Below are positions 31,101 through 41,723 of a stretch of DNA of 64,000 nucleotides, piece by piece. This stretch comes from Candidatus Poribacteria bacterium. GTDB taxonomy: Bacteria; Poribacteria; WGA-4E; WGA-3G. The notes under the pieces were generated by a model. That model did not search any database and had not been told where the DNA came from. It worked only from the letters and a program-made list of their open reading frames with translations. The position numbers and the translations under genes are program-made. The stretch is from positions 3,328,001 to 3,392,000 of the forward strand of contig CBDANF010000003.1 in the NCBI GenBank assembly GCA_965197475.1, given 5' to 3'. How positions within the stretch are numbered: the first letter of the stretch is position 1; every line of letters begins with the position of its first letter.

Positions 31101-34100
31101 ACAAAATCAACAATTTTTGCTTATTCTGCCATCCCCGGAATTGATATAAACAAATTTGAGATTTCGCGTGGAAGCATCGGACAGATCCAAAGTAAACCAA
31201 CATTTGCGGGTGGTAGTATGCCATGGATGCCGAAAACTTTTGAAGAGGCACAAGCTGGTGCTCTTGTCCATTTGACCACAATCGCGCAGCAGCAGGGAAA
31301 ACTTACTGAATTCGTTACACAATTTGAGGAAGATGCCGAAGTTAATCCTACAGATGTCAAGACACTTGAAACCTTGGCGAGGCTCTATACTTTGATCCAA
31401 TACAACGAAAAGGCTAAAGAAGTTTTTGACAAGTTGATTGAAATTTCACCCAATGATTTGGCATACCAACCGATACGATTGCAACGCGTAATGCAGGAAA
31501 ACGGCAATTATGAAACGTTGAAAAAATTACTTGAGGGTATACCTGGGTTGGCTCCCGAGGCGCGGGTCAGATATATTGCGGAATACGCCGAATTACTTTA
31601 TTATGAGGACAAAAAAGAGGATGCGACAAAACTTTTAAGTGAAATTGAAGATGTAAATGTCACTGATATTGATACCGGTTTTAAGTTAGTTTCTGCTTTC
31701 CATCTGGTTGAAAAGACAGATATTGCGGAAAGAATCCTTGTTAATCTACCTCTCCCTCCGCAAGCGAAGCAGCGGGAGTATAGATATCTGTTTCAGGACC
31801 TCACAGACACGTACATTCGTCAAGGAGAACCCGATAAAGCGGTTGCGCTTTTCTGGACTTTCTGTGAGCGCACAAAACCCGATTCTGCGAATCCAAGGCG
31901 TATTACTGCACTTACACAGTCATCATACTCTTACGGAGGCTATAGACCTGTCCATGCCAGTTATCCTACAGCAACAGCATACTTCAATCAAGAGCGTTTA
32001 AACTATCTCAGATTGATTTTCCGCGAGTTTTGGTTGCGGAATTTACAGGAAACGTTATATATCAAATTCCAAAAAGAGTTAAACGCAGAAAAAGGTAGGA
32101 ACCGTATCTATCCAAGTTTGGCACTCAGTTACTGCTATTGGTGGGATGGAAAACGCGACAAAGCACAAGAGGTCCTCTCCACCCTGCAAAAAGAATTTCC
32201 GGATGACCTTACGCTTAAACTCAACACAGCGTTTGTCTCTATTCAGACAGGGAAATTTAGGGAGGCTCTAATTATAGTTGAGGAGATTGCTGAGTCAGAG
32301 CCAAGAAACCGTCGCCAATATAACGATCTATTACTGCAGCTTGCCATTCAGACAGGTGATACTGTCACTTTACGTGAGTTGATAGCAAAACTCTTGAATT
32401 CACCGACTAGTGCACAAGAACTTTATGAGTTCTCGTACAACCTTCAAGATGCAGGCTTCACACAGTACGCGATTGCTACAGCCCAAAAAGCGATGGCATT
32501 AGCGATGACACAACGTAGTCCGAATTTCCTGATGGATTTGGGGGAACATCTGGAAGGGCTCGGTAGAGGACAAGATGCAGCACGGCTTGCGGAACGTGCC
32601 CTACGTTTCGCCTACCACCCTGACCGCTACGGACGAACGATGTACGCATCGAATTTCCAACAAGCGACTAATTTAGTCCGTCGCTCCCAAAATATAAAGA
32701 GTCAGGAAAATTCGTATATCGCGGAGGTCGAAAAAAAACCGGAGTCCTTCCAAGCTCAACTCAAACTTGCAATGTTCTATGAGAGCTCTGATCAGATTAA
32801 CAAAGCTGCAGAAGCATTTAAGGCGGCACTGGCACTACGACCTAAGGACAGGAACACTCGCCTCAGATACGTTCAGATGTTAGAGCAAAGTGGAAAAGTA
32901 AAAGAAGCTGTACCACAATATGAGATACTTCTAAAAAACGACTCATCCGCACTCGGCTACGATTATGAAGGGGCGATAGATGCCTTTATTGCTACTGGCA
33001 AATTTGATGAACTGATTTCTCTCACAAAAGATATAATTCTTCCTGTTGGACAATACGCAGGTAACGATTTCACGCAGAAAGTCGCACGGCGGTGTCTGAC
33101 CGAAAATAGACCTAAAGATGCTGTTGAGATATTCGAAAAGATTCTTGAAGTTCATCCGGGATGGAACTACGTTTACCAAGAATTAGCATCAGCTTATGTT
33201 GCTGCTGGCGGCCCTGAAAAAGCAATTCAGTACTTAACTGAGAAACAGGAACTTGGTGTAACATCTCTCTCACAAGTGGAGTTTGTATTAAAAATTGCTG
33301 AATTCCATGAGGTAGCTGGTGGACGTGAGAGAGCGATCAAATTCCTGCAAGAAAAATCTGAAACTGCTGATTTAGCAAACGCCCAGGTGTCCTACGTATT
33401 AAAACTCTCCGAATTCTATAAGGAAAGTGGTGAATTAGAAAAGTTCATCGCAGAATATGAGGCAAAACTCGCTGAAGAGCCTACGGACGCTAAACTATTA
33501 TATCTTGTAGCATCTATGAAGATTAAAGCAGAGGATATTGAAGGCGCGAACCTGCATGTTACGACATTGATTGATAATGCACTCATGTCTGTCCAAACGC
33601 AATGGCTCTTCAACCTCGCCAGTACTTGTGAAAAAGCTGGTGGTAATGATCTCCAATTCCGTCTACTTGAGGCCGCCGCTGAGAAACTTGAACGTGAGAA
33701 TTCATGGGAACTTGCAACATGTTACCGGAAATTGGGAGCGGCATACGCTAAGAAAGGTAAGAAGGAAAAGGCACAAAACGCATTTCGTAAAATGGGCAAT
33801 ATCCAGACTATGCAAAATAGTGGCGGCAGCATATATGATAAAAGGAGACTTGCCTCAACATACATGCAACACGAAATGTGGAACGATGCGGAAACAGTCT
33901 ATACCGAAATCACCAACGATATGTCAGCTTCATCCTATTACCGTGAAGATGCACAAGAACAACTCATTGAAATCTATAAACAACGTGGAGAACTTGAAAC
34001 GACCGATCAACTTACGGAAAAGACAAAAGAATTGGACATCGGAATGCAGCGTTTGATGGCGAAAGAATATGAGCGGTCAAACGATCTCTCCAAAGCTGTT

Positions 34101-37100
34101 CAGATTTACGAACATATTGCCAATTCAGTGCCGGAGGATTTTGAATCTCGCGCGCAACTTGCAAACGTCTACACCCGCATTAATGAGCATGAAAAGGCAT
34201 CAGAAACATGGACGGCACTGCTTGATGCAGACCCAGAAAATACCAAGTATCAAGATGGACTTGTCAACAGTTTTCAAGAAGCAGGCAAGCTAAACGAGGC
34301 ATTTGATCTTGCCCAGAAATACATTGAAGATGATCCACAAACTGGTGCCCATTATGTGCGAATGGCAAAGCTATATGTTAACGATGCCCGACTTGAAGAT
34401 GCTGTCACTGCTTATGAAAAAGCCGTTGAACTCATTCCGGGAAATCAGCAACTCTGGCAAGTATTAGCGGGTCTATATACTTACATAGGTGATGCCGATT
34501 CCGCCGGCCATGCGTTCAAAGAAGCGATTCAATATACCGCAAGAGACTATGATCGTGAGAGAATTGAACAAAAACTGATAGGTTTATACCGCCAAATCGG
34601 TAAATTAGATGAGATGCTACTCAAAGCGGAAAGTGAGAATACGATTAGCCCCGAAATGCAAAAGACGCTTGCGCAACGTTTTCGGAATACAGGAAATCTG
34701 GAAAAAGCAACTGTCGCATATAACAAAGCACTTGACATGACTCAGTATGATTATGATCGGAATGGGATCTCTAACGATTTGATTGACTTATACGTCAAAC
34801 TCGGCAAGACAGATGCTGCGTTAGAAATCTACGAAAAAATTGTTAATTCTGGTTCTTCCAATAGGACAATCCGTTACACTTCTTCCGGTATAATACTTGA
34901 TTACTATAGTGATCGTACACGCGAGGCTTTGATGAATGTTTACAGAGGTCAGAATCAGCTAAAACAGTTAGAGGCTTTCTTTGAAGCCAAGCTTGACAAG
35001 GATCCAGAGAATCCTACCACCCTTGAAATGCTTGCTAAGATTTATAACGATGCGAAAAATTACAAAAAAGCTGCTGATACCTACATCGCGCTTTCTAAAG
35101 CTGACCCAATCAATGTCCGTAGTTTCTTTAAGGCTGCGATGCTTGTAAATCAAATGGGGCAGCCTGAATTGGCGAAAAAACTGATTGCCCAAGGCGAAAA
35201 GGCACTCTCATCAAGCAGCAAAAAGGATGATCGGTGGGTTCTCGCTGAACTCGCAACTATCTGTTATGATAATAAAATGTACACTTGGGCTATTAAATTC
35301 GGAAATTCTGTACTTGCTGATAGTAGTAGTTACAGAGGTAGTTCCATCTATGAAACTATATACAAAATTCTTGGTAATAGTCATATAGCTGAAAAACAGT
35401 ATGAAGAAGCTTACAATGTGTACAAGCAGATGGAGCGTGATGTAACATGGAGTAGTGCCAGAGCAGATGCAAGATCCGGTATGCACAAGGCAGCAAAAGA
35501 CGGGAAACTATACGAAAAGTGGATACCAGAACAATTAAAGAAGGTTGAACAAAACCCTGATGATCCAAATGCCCTTTCTGAACTTGCACAAAGTTACGAA
35601 TCGAGCAACAAAATCAAAGAGGCAGTTGAGCAATATGAAAAACTCAATAAACTTCAACCTGACAACTCACAGTGGTACAAAAAACTTGGTTCCCTTTATC
35701 AAAATCTGCCACTGGAGAAACGTGAGACAGGTGAAGTGACTGAAGGCATTGCGCTTACGCTTGGCGGAAATGGGAGTTTCGTTGAAATCGGTGACAGTGA
35801 GTCTTTAGACAACATTACTGAACAAGTGACGGTGTCTGCGTGGATAAAACCAACCAGTTACCCAGACAGATATGTACGCATTATCTTGAGAAGTGATGAG
35901 CAAAAACAAAATTATAGGCAACGAAGTTACATCCTTGTTATTAGATCGGATGGGAAACTCAAAATTTCTTCCTCACCTCAAGATGGAGGGTACGCCTCCC
36001 TTTATTCTCCACCGGATCTCATAAAATTAAACACATGGACTCACATTGCTGGTGTTATCAATGCAAAGAAGGATTACATGAAGATTTTCGTTAATGGGTA
36101 TGAAGTTGGACATAGACATTATAATGGAGAAGATAGTTTCGTTAAATGTCGTCTTCCATTACGCATAGGTGCTACACATAGAATAGACCAGGAGGCACAA
36201 TCCTCTTTTGTAGGACAAATTGATGAGGTGCGTGTATGGAACGTTGCGCGTACTGTAGATGAGATTCGTTCGGATATGAACACACAACTCAACGGGGATG
36301 AACAGGGTTTAGTTGGATATTGGAAATTTGACAAAGAGACGGAAGGCAGAATATTCGATTCTTCACCTAACAAAAATGATGGCAAACTAATTGGAAATAC
36401 CAAACTGGAGTCTTACACGCGTCCAATTTTTGAGATTTTAAAATCTGATGACTTTGAAAAGACAATTGCTATTTACGAAAAAGCAATTGAACAGCAGCCT
36501 AATTCGTATGAATTCTACAACTTGTTGGCACAAATCTATAAGAAAAAGGAGGATACGTCACAAGTAGAAGCAATGTATCGTCGAGCATTGAAAGCCCCCC
36601 TTACGCAGCGCGAGTATGAGAGTGCAATTAATGCCATCCAGAGTCTTTATGCTGACGAAGATCAAACGGAAAAATGGATTGCGATCCTTGAAGAGATGCA
36701 ACCGAAATTAGAAGAGAGTGCTGTCCTACACGAACTGTTAGGCGATGCCTATAAGAAAACGGGAGATGTTGAAAAATCTGAACTTGCTTACGCCAAATGG
36801 TTAAAGATTCGAAAAAAAGAGTTGAACCGACAAAACTATTATCGTTACTATAGAGATTTTGCAGAGAAACTGCTTGATAGAGACATGTTTCCAGGAACAG
36901 CCTTAAATTTCGCAAAACGTGCATCATTAAGTGTAACAGGATCAATCGATTATCTCACTACCTTAGGTACCGCTTATATCGTAAATGGTAATTATGATGA
37001 CGCACTTGAACAGTTCAAAATGTGTGTTAACATGGTCTCCTCAGATTATTCATCGGACCAGTTTTGGGAAAAAATTATCAAAGCAAGTAATAAAGCTAAC

Positions 37101-38405
37101 GACAAGGAACGACACATTCAAATGCTTGATACATTAATAAACACCATTCCATCGGGAAATGCCAGTGCCCGCGCAAATGCACACCGTATGATTGCACAAT
37201 TCTATAGTCAGAAAGGAATGCCTAAAACTGCAGAAAGTTATGTTTTGAAGGGGGGCTTTATTCCTGAAACGCGTTGGATAACGCTCGGACCGTTTAAGAA
37301 TATAGATTCAAGTGGTGTTTTATATGCCTATATCCATGAGGAAACCACACAAATTGACACAACCGCAAAATATTTCGGGAGAGATAAGGATAAGCTCATC
37401 AGTTGGGAAAAGTCGAGCGATAATAAATTAGATGGACGTTACGATTTCGGTAACGACGACGGTATCAATGATTGGAGCGCAGCTTATGTATGGGCGGTTG
37501 TTATTTCGCCAGATGAACGTGACATTACATTCCGATTTGACAGCGATGACCAAGGGATTATCTGGTTAAACGGGAAGAGGGTCTTTGAACATTCCAGAGC
37601 TAGTATTGGTGGTGGTGGTGTACAAATTGATCGTCATACCATTCCAGTTACATTGAAACAGGGAGAGAACACTATCCTTATCAAAGTCTGCAATTCATCG
37701 CAAACTTGGGATTTGTATATGCGGCTTACTGACGCTGACGGCAATTCGTTTGAGGATTTGAAATTCAAAACTGCCGATGCGTTGCTGAACGCGCCGCCTC
37801 CCGAACCAACATTCCACCTAAATGTCAACCTCGGCTTGGCTGAATACTATAGCAAAAACAACATGCCCGATAAGGCAATGGAACAAATGCGGCAAACGGG
37901 CATCATTCATGAAAATGCGTGGTTGATTCTAGGCCCGTTTGACAATACTGCAGGAGTCGGATACAATACTGTGTACATTCCCGAAGACATAACGCAGATT
38001 GATAAGACTGCAAAATATGAAGGCGTAGGTGAACAGATAAGTTGGAAAAAGTTTACAGATGATGTTTTCGATGGGTTTATTGATTTCGGGAAGGACATTA
38101 ATTGGCGTGTTTCCTACGCATGGGCAACCGTTACTTCACCTGACGAGCGAGAAGTGCAATTCCGATTTGATAGCGACGACCAAAGCAAAATCTGGTTAAA
38201 TGGCAATGAAGTATTTGCCAATACGCAAGCACATGCAGCAATAGTTGACCGCTACACTATTCCCGTAAAGTTGAAAGTAGGCAAAAACAGTATCCTTGTC
38301 AAAGTTTGCAATGAAGAAGGCGGATGGGGATATTATCTGCGAATTACCGATGCTGATGGAAAACCCTTTGAAGATTTGCAAATTAACGATGCACAAGACA
38401 ATTAG
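28185..38405 (+). CDS. Giant 3406-aa secreted TPR solenoid with an inserted LamG domain and two C-terminal beta-rich repeats
   Basis: Signal peptide (AFA); dozens of TPR motifs; LamG (TVSAWIKP, WTHIAGV, GQIDEVRVWNVART, GLVGYWKFD); two W..LGPF...SDDQ..IWLNG...N.IL.KVCN...R.TDADG domains. Confidence 0.92.
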   Translation: MFGRGRSLIVVCLLYLFVSTLFLSALAFAQDEANDQKIIERYKLMLSRKPKEGSTFDRVYQFYLEGAGLDAMLSDYQTEAKAKPNDSNLQLILGHIYKRLGKDAEAITAYQRAVELAPNNYYSHFALGQMHGALRQHEEAIQKLTKAATLSEQSQDVPPEELTAIYKALGNAHFRRDRVDEAIQAWRKISEFDPQDIFARIELADLFREQELYEQAIAQHKAIIELKKDDPYRICLSHREIGNIHESKGNYENAIQSYDTALALTAPGNWLRKDLQHRIIGIFAADSNWEGLIEYYQGKLEATPNEPELLGLLAAAYIENQQLEEGISTYRKGLELAPTDANLRLNLIASLRNVEKFEDAAAEYEVLSQQDPDDFGIYRELGELYLQLGNQDKAKTVYQKMIDRDPNNAGTHLILAEIYAGHEWVDDAAAQYEKAISLAPNNFEYIEYFGEFYLRQGNRDKAIETWNRMVADDKAIAANYDRLAQLFKAKNFKTEAVAAIRKAVELMPDEYRYREALAKHLMENRDYDAALTEYTAAMKLAPNAFFAEKMDDKRIELYRRQGTLLDKIELLETELDKPGLAAAEVFSHQKQLAKMYLKLGNITYALEVLLKAKQLKSNDVGVNRWLAEVYTRQGRRDEANAIYIFLIEIDSANAREYHANIAKSYLNVMDFEAATASAKRVIAHSPRNPEGHQLLAQIAKQSKNYDTAIDSLKQAIRLRPEAIDTRAELAAVYKLSGKLQQALAQYWRCWNLIDNVSDKLTFVKPLSEVYYDLGRRGEFEEKLKQLAKSNTSWVAPVLALAELHRMEGDLPSARFQLAQALNKQRENPELLDHLVRISVELGDIQDALTYQQRLVKADPDPTHQQKLGELLFDVGREQEAIQAWTKLLHAKNQTLEAEVKLAALLLRHGLSEEAFFVLERASEKIAGTDAHLPLYRLGSMLVGMNEAERARVYFRRILDMSEPPGNMAKRGTTKSTIFAYSAIPGIDINKFEISRGSIGQIQSKPTFAGGSMPWMPKTFEEAQAGALVHLTTIAQQQGKLTEFVTQFEEDAEVNPTDVKTLETLARLYTLIQYNEKAKEVFDKLIEISPNDLAYQPIRLQRVMQENGNYETLKKLLEGIPGLAPEARVRYIAEYAELLYYEDKKEDATKLLSEIEDVNVTDIDTGFKLVSAFHLVEKTDIAERILVNLPLPPQAKQREYRYLFQDLTDTYIRQGEPDKAVALFWTFCERTKPDSANPRRITALTQSSYSYGGYRPVHASYPTATAYFNQERLNYLRLIFREFWLRNLQETLYIKFQKELNAEKGRNRIYPSLALSYCYWWDGKRDKAQEVLSTLQKEFPDDLTLKLNTAFVSIQTGKFREALIIVEEIAESEPRNRRQYNDLLLQLAIQTGDTVTLRELIAKLLNSPTSAQELYEFSYNLQDAGFTQYAIATAQKAMALAMTQRSPNFLMDLGEHLEGLGRGQDAARLAERALRFAYHPDRYGRTMYASNFQQATNLVRRSQNIKSQENSYIAEVEKKPESFQAQLKLAMFYESSDQINKAAEAFKAALALRPKDRNTRLRYVQMLEQSGKVKEAVPQYEILLKNDSSALGYDYEGAIDAFIATGKFDELISLTKDIILPVGQYAGNDFTQKVARRCLTENRPKDAVEIFEKILEVHPGWNYVYQELASAYVAAGGPEKAIQYLTEKQELGVTSLSQVEFVLKIAEFHEVAGGRERAIKFLQEKSETADLANAQVSYVLKLSEFYKESGELEKFIAEYEAKLAEEPTDAKLLYLVASMKIKAEDIEGANLHVTTLIDNALMSVQTQWLFNLASTCEKAGGNDLQFRLLEAAAEKLERENSWELATCYRKLGAAYAKKGKKEKAQNAFRKMGNIQTMQNSGGSIYDKRRLASTYMQHEMWNDAETVYTEITNDMSASSYYREDAQEQLIEIYKQRGELETTDQLTEKTKELDIGMQRLMAKEYERSNDLSKAVQIYEHIANSVPEDFESRAQLANVYTRINEHEKASETWTALLDADPENTKYQDGLVNSFQEAGKLNEAFDLAQKYIEDDPQTGAHYVRMAKLYVNDARLEDAVTAYEKAVELIPGNQQLWQVLAGLYTYIGDADSAGHAFKEAIQYTARDYDRERIEQKLIGLYRQIGKLDEMLLKAESENTISPEMQKTLAQRFRNTGNLEKATVAYNKALDMTQYDYDRNGISNDLIDLYVKLGKTDAALEIYEKIVNSGSSNRTIRYTSSGIILDYYSDRTREALMNVYRGQNQLKQLEAFFEAKLDKDPENPTTLEMLAKIYNDAKNYKKAADTYIALSKADPINVRSFFKAAMLVNQMGQPELAKKLIAQGEKALSSSSKKDDRWVLAELATICYDNKMYTWAIKFGNSVLADSSSYRGSSIYETIYKILGNSHIAEKQYEEAYNVYKQMERDVTWSSARADARSGMHKAAKDGKLYEKWIPEQLKKVEQNPDDPNALSELAQSYESSNKIKEAVEQYEKLNKLQPDNSQWYKKLGSLYQNLPLEKRETGEVTEGIALTLGGNGSFVEIGDSESLDNITEQVTVSAWIKPTSYPDRYVRIILRSDEQKQNYRQRSYILVIRSDGKLKISSSPQDGGYASLYSPPDLIKLNTWTHIAGVINAKKDYMKIFVNGYEVGHRHYNGEDSFVKCRLPLRIGATHRIDQEAQSSFVGQIDEVRVWNVARTVDEIRSDMNTQLNGDEQGLVGYWKFDKETEGRIFDSSPNKNDGKLIGNTKLESYTRPIFEILKSDDFEKTIAIYEKAIEQQPNSYEFYNLLAQIYKKKEDTSQVEAMYRRALKAPLTQREYESAINAIQSLYADEDQTEKWIAILEEMQPKLEESAVLHELLGDAYKKTGDVEKSELAYAKWLKIRKKELNRQNYYRYYRDFAEKLLDRDMFPGTALNFAKRASLSVTGSIDYLTTLGTAYIVNGNYDDALEQFKMCVNMVSSDYSSDQFWEKIIKASNKANDKERHIQMLDTLINTIPSGNASARANAHRMIAQFYSQKGMPKTAESYVLKGGFIPETRWITLGPFKNIDSSGVLYAYIHEETTQIDTTAKYFGRDKDKLISWEKSSDNKLDGRYDFGNDDGINDWSAAYVWAVVISPDERDITFRFDSDDQGIIWLNGKRVFEHSRASIGGGGVQIDRHTIPVTLKQGENTILIKVCNSSQTWDLYMRLTDADGNSFEDLKFKTADALLNAPPPEPTFHLNVNLGLAEYYSKNNMPDKAMEQMRQTGIIHENAWLILGPFDNTAGVGYNTVYIPEDITQIDKTAKYEGVGEQISWKKFTDDVFDGFIDFGKDINWRVSYAWATVTSPDEREVQFRFDSDDQSKIWLNGNEVFANTQAHAAIVDRYTIPVKLKVGKNSILVKVCNEEGGWGYYLRITDADGKPFEDLQINDAQDN

Positions 38406-38638
38406 AGAAAATTCGACAGTTCTTAGCATCTACACTACATTTGTGGAACAGAATTCAGATAACCCAATTTCACCGATTGTCTCCAAAATATGAGACATAA
38501 ATTTGTCTTGATTTTAAATTTGAGTCGCTATAATATATTTCTATAACATGGTAACATCCGCGTTATACGAGTTTAGGTCCGCAGTAGCAGCGGGAAGAGG
38601 TATAAAGTTTAATTGTAACGTTAATAGGAGGTATTCCA

Positions 38639-39427
38639 ATGGTACGATCAATAATGTTTTCCTTCTTAGCCATACTAATGTTAATCACAGTCAGTAGTCT
38701 TATGGCAGGACTTGAAGACGATCTTGTCGTCTACTTCACGTTTGACGTTGTTGAAGACAAAACGATTCATGATAGTTCTCCTAATGGATTAGATGCAAAC
38801 ATCGTTGCTAATGCTGAAATTGTCACAGGCAAAAATGGCAATGCGATCAAGATCACCGCTAAAGGCGCGGATTGTGTGAACGTTCCCGCTCACGAAAAAC
38901 TGAAAATCAGCGGTGAAATTACCATGGCCTCCTGGATCTATCGAGAAGCGTGGAATAGTGATGGACAGTGGTTTGATAAAAACTGCCATAACGGAGGTGA
39001 GCATACCTCCTACGGTATGGGTGCTTTTGAAGGTGGCAAGAATATGAATGTGATGTTAGGAAGTGGTAATGCCCGTCCCAGATTGGACAAACCGCACTCG
39101 CTAAAAGCACAAACGTGGCACTATGTCGTCGGAACCTTCAATGGTGAAACGATGAAAGTCTATGTTGATGGTGAATTAGCACTTGAACATGCCGAGGCGT
39201 TTAATTTTACCGGCACTAACGATCAAGACCTGCGGATCGGATGCGCTAAGGACCGTGCAAACTACGGGTTCAATAACGGTATGATTGACGATGCCGCAAT
39301 ATGGAGTCGCGCACTCAGCGAAGATGAAATCAACGAGTCAATGGGCGGTGGTCTTCTCGCTGTTACACCGAAAAATAAAGCCGCGACAACCTGGGGCAAT
39401 ATTAAGCAAAGAACTATTGCCTACTAA
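38639..39427 (+). CDS. Secreted LamG/concanavalin-like protein with C-terminal TTWGNIK motif
   Basis: LVVYFTFD, ITMASWI, WHYVVGTF, VYVDG, GMIDDAAIWSRALS; C-terminus AVTPKNKAATTWGNIKQRTIAY. Confidence 0.9.
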   Translation: MVRSIMFSFLAILMLITVSSLMAGLEDDLVVYFTFDVVEDKTIHDSSPNGLDANIVANAEIVTGKNGNAIKITAKGADCVNVPAHEKLKISGEITMASWIYREAWNSDGQWFDKNCHNGGEHTSYGMGAFEGGKNMNVMLGSGNARPRLDKPHSLKAQTWHYVVGTFNGETMKVYVDGELALEHAEAFNFTGTNDQDLRIGCAKDRANYGFNNGMIDDAAIWSRALSEDEINESMGGGLLAVTPKNKAATTWGNIKQRTIAY

Positions 39428-39514
39428 CCGCTGGCTTTCACTAATTTTAAACGGCACAGGTGTCCTTATAAGATCAGACATCTGTGCCTTCTTCTATAGA
39501 ATAAGGATAAAAAA

Positions 39515-40564
39515 ATGATAAAAATCGGAATTGTTGGCATCGGATTTATGGGGATGATTCACTACTATGGTATTCAACGAGGAACGGGGGCAGAAGTAGT
39601 TGCTATCTGTACGCGTGATCCGAAAAAACTCAATGGTGATTGGACAGGTATTCAAGGTAATTTTGGACCCCGTGGTGGAATGGAAGACCTCTCTAACATC
39701 CGAAAATACAGTGATATTGACGAACTACTTGCCGATGAAGACATTGATCTGGTTGATATATGTTTACCTACACATCTTCATAAATCTGTTAGCATTGCAT
39801 CTCTTAAGGCGGGAAAGCATACTCTCGTTGAAAAACCGATCTCTATTGACATTGACGATGCAAACGAAATTGTTGAACTTTCTGAACAAACAGACAAAGA
39901 ATTTATGGTGGCGCATGTGCTGCCTTTCTTTGCTGAATATGCGTATGCAAAAAAACTTGTTGAAAGCGGGGAATATGGTGCACTTCTCGGCGCACATTTT
40001 AAGCGTGTTATCTCTAAACCGAGTTGGTCAAGAGACATTGCCGACATTGAAAAAAGTGGCGGTCCTGGCATCGATTTGCATATTCACGATACACATTTTA
40101 TTCAACTGCTCTGTGGTGTTCCCGATGCTGTTTTTTCACAAGGTAAGTTGGTAGGTGGTAATTTCGTGGACTATTTGACGACACAATATATCTACAATGA
40201 TAAGGAACTAACGGTGAGTTGTTCATCAGGCGCGATCTCACAAAAGGGTAGAGCCTTTTCACACGGGTTTGAACTCTATCTTGAAAAAGCGACACTTTTG
40301 TTTGATTTCTCGACGCTTGCAGGTGAGCCTTCTACTGCAGTGCCGCTGACACTCATCACCGAGGATGGCAACGTTGAACAAGTGGATTTAGGCGAAGTTG
40401 ACCCGATTGATGCATTTACCGCTGAGATCCAATACGCTGTTGATGCACTTGATTGGGAGGAGGCACCGACAGCACTGTCGGGTGTAGGTGCAAGAGACGC
40501 ACTTCTTCTCTGCTACAAAGAAGCGGAATCAGTAAAAACTGGGGAGATTGTGGCAATCCGCTAA
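39515..40564 (+). CDS. Gfo/Idh/MocA oxidoreductase
   Basis: IGIVGIGFMG, DICLPTHLH, GKHTLVEKP, DLHIHD. Confidence 0.93.
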   Translation: MIKIGIVGIGFMGMIHYYGIQRGTGAEVVAICTRDPKKLNGDWTGIQGNFGPRGGMEDLSNIRKYSDIDELLADEDIDLVDICLPTHLHKSVSIASLKAGKHTLVEKPISIDIDDANEIVELSEQTDKEFMVAHVLPFFAEYAYAKKLVESGEYGALLGAHFKRVISKPSWSRDIADIEKSGGPGIDLHIHDTHFIQLLCGVPDAVFSQGKLVGGNFVDYLTTQYIYNDKELTVSCSSGAISQKGRAFSHGFELYLEKATLLFDFSTLAGEPSTAVPLTLITEDGNVEQVDLGEVDPIDAFTAEIQYAVDALDWEEAPTALSGVGARDALLLCYKEAESVKTGEIVAIR

Positions 40565-40579
40565 ACCCTCCCACACAAA

Positions 40580-41713
40580 ATGAACACATTTTATTCCGTT
40601 AGTCATATTGGAGAACTTTATGTCCCTACTGAATGTCGGGAAGCAGTCTTTGCACGGGGAAGCGTAAAGTTGTTTGCTCATCAAGAGTTAGAACATCTCG
40701 GGCGTATTTTTACACATATTCAACGGGGTGGCGTTGCTGTTGTTGAAGGGGAATGGGAACAAATTACCACCGTAATGGACTATATCCAGCGACACAAAAA
40801 GGAATTATCAACGTCAAATACCGATCAGTTTAAAAAAGGAAAGTCGCGTGGGAAACGCAACAATCCGAAACAGGCTCGAGATGCGGTGCTATCGAATTTG
40901 ATGTGTTGGGCGGATAAGGATGGCATACTTCAGGTTGAACCTGCTCCCGTGTTGCCGCATTTACTGGAATTGATTGGTGAACTGCCAGACGCTAATCAAG
41001 ATTGTCCGTTTCTCATGCCTATCGTTAAAATTCAACGTATTCGACACGCGCTTGAAGAGATTTATCCTATCAATGCCTTAGGTGAATCCCTTGTTGCGTC
41101 CGAAAACGTGCTTGCACCGCGTTCTCAGGAAACAATTGAATGTTTTCAAGAGGCACTACAAAGTGTCCGAAGTGAAAACTTGCACAGCACCCCCATAATT
41201 GCGGATGTCGGTAGTGGCAGTGGGTGCTTGACACTGCTCGCTCGGCAGGAATTCGGGGAGGGGGCGGAAGTATACGCATCAGATTTACTTCCAGAAGCAG
41301 TAGCAACAACGAAATTGAATGTTCAGCGGGTGTTATCAAATTCAGAGAATTTGCACGTCATGCCACCTGGAGACTTGTTTGATCCGTTTCCGTCAGTCCA
41401 ATTCGACATTATTATTTTCAATGCGCCGTGGGTGGTTGCGCGAGTGCGAAACAGAGCGGAATTGGCAATCCATGACGAAAAACAGCAAACATTGAAACGT
41501 TTTTTTGAACAGGTGCCGAATTACTTAAAACCTGATGGAACGCTACTTTTAGGGTATGCGGATGCATCCGGACCAAAAGCAATAGCGAACCTTGAAGCAA
41601 TAATAGGTGAGTCAGGTTTTGTCTGTAGAAACCTCTTTAAAAGGCGAGTCGCAACGCATCGGTCTAAACGGAAATGGGAACAGATTCAAGTGTATGTTTT
41701 AAGTAGGAAGTAG
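40580..41713 (+). CDS. Class I SAM-dependent methyltransferase (MTS/HemK-like)
   Basis: ADVGSGSGCL, ASD, GDLF, FDIIIFNAPW, LKPDG. Confidence 0.85.
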   Translation: MNTFYSVSHIGELYVPTECREAVFARGSVKLFAHQELEHLGRIFTHIQRGGVAVVEGEWEQITTVMDYIQRHKKELSTSNTDQFKKGKSRGKRNNPKQARDAVLSNLMCWADKDGILQVEPAPVLPHLLELIGELPDANQDCPFLMPIVKIQRIRHALEEIYPINALGESLVASENVLAPRSQETIECFQEALQSVRSENLHSTPIIADVGSGSGCLTLLARQEFGEGAEVYASDLLPEAVATTKLNVQRVLSNSENLHVMPPGDLFDPFPSVQFDIIIFNAPWVVARVRNRAELAIHDEKQQTLKRFFEQVPNYLKPDGTLLLGYADASGPKAIANLEAIIGESGFVCRNLFKRRVATHRSKRKWEQIQVYVLSRK

Positions 41714-41723
41714 TCAGATATAG

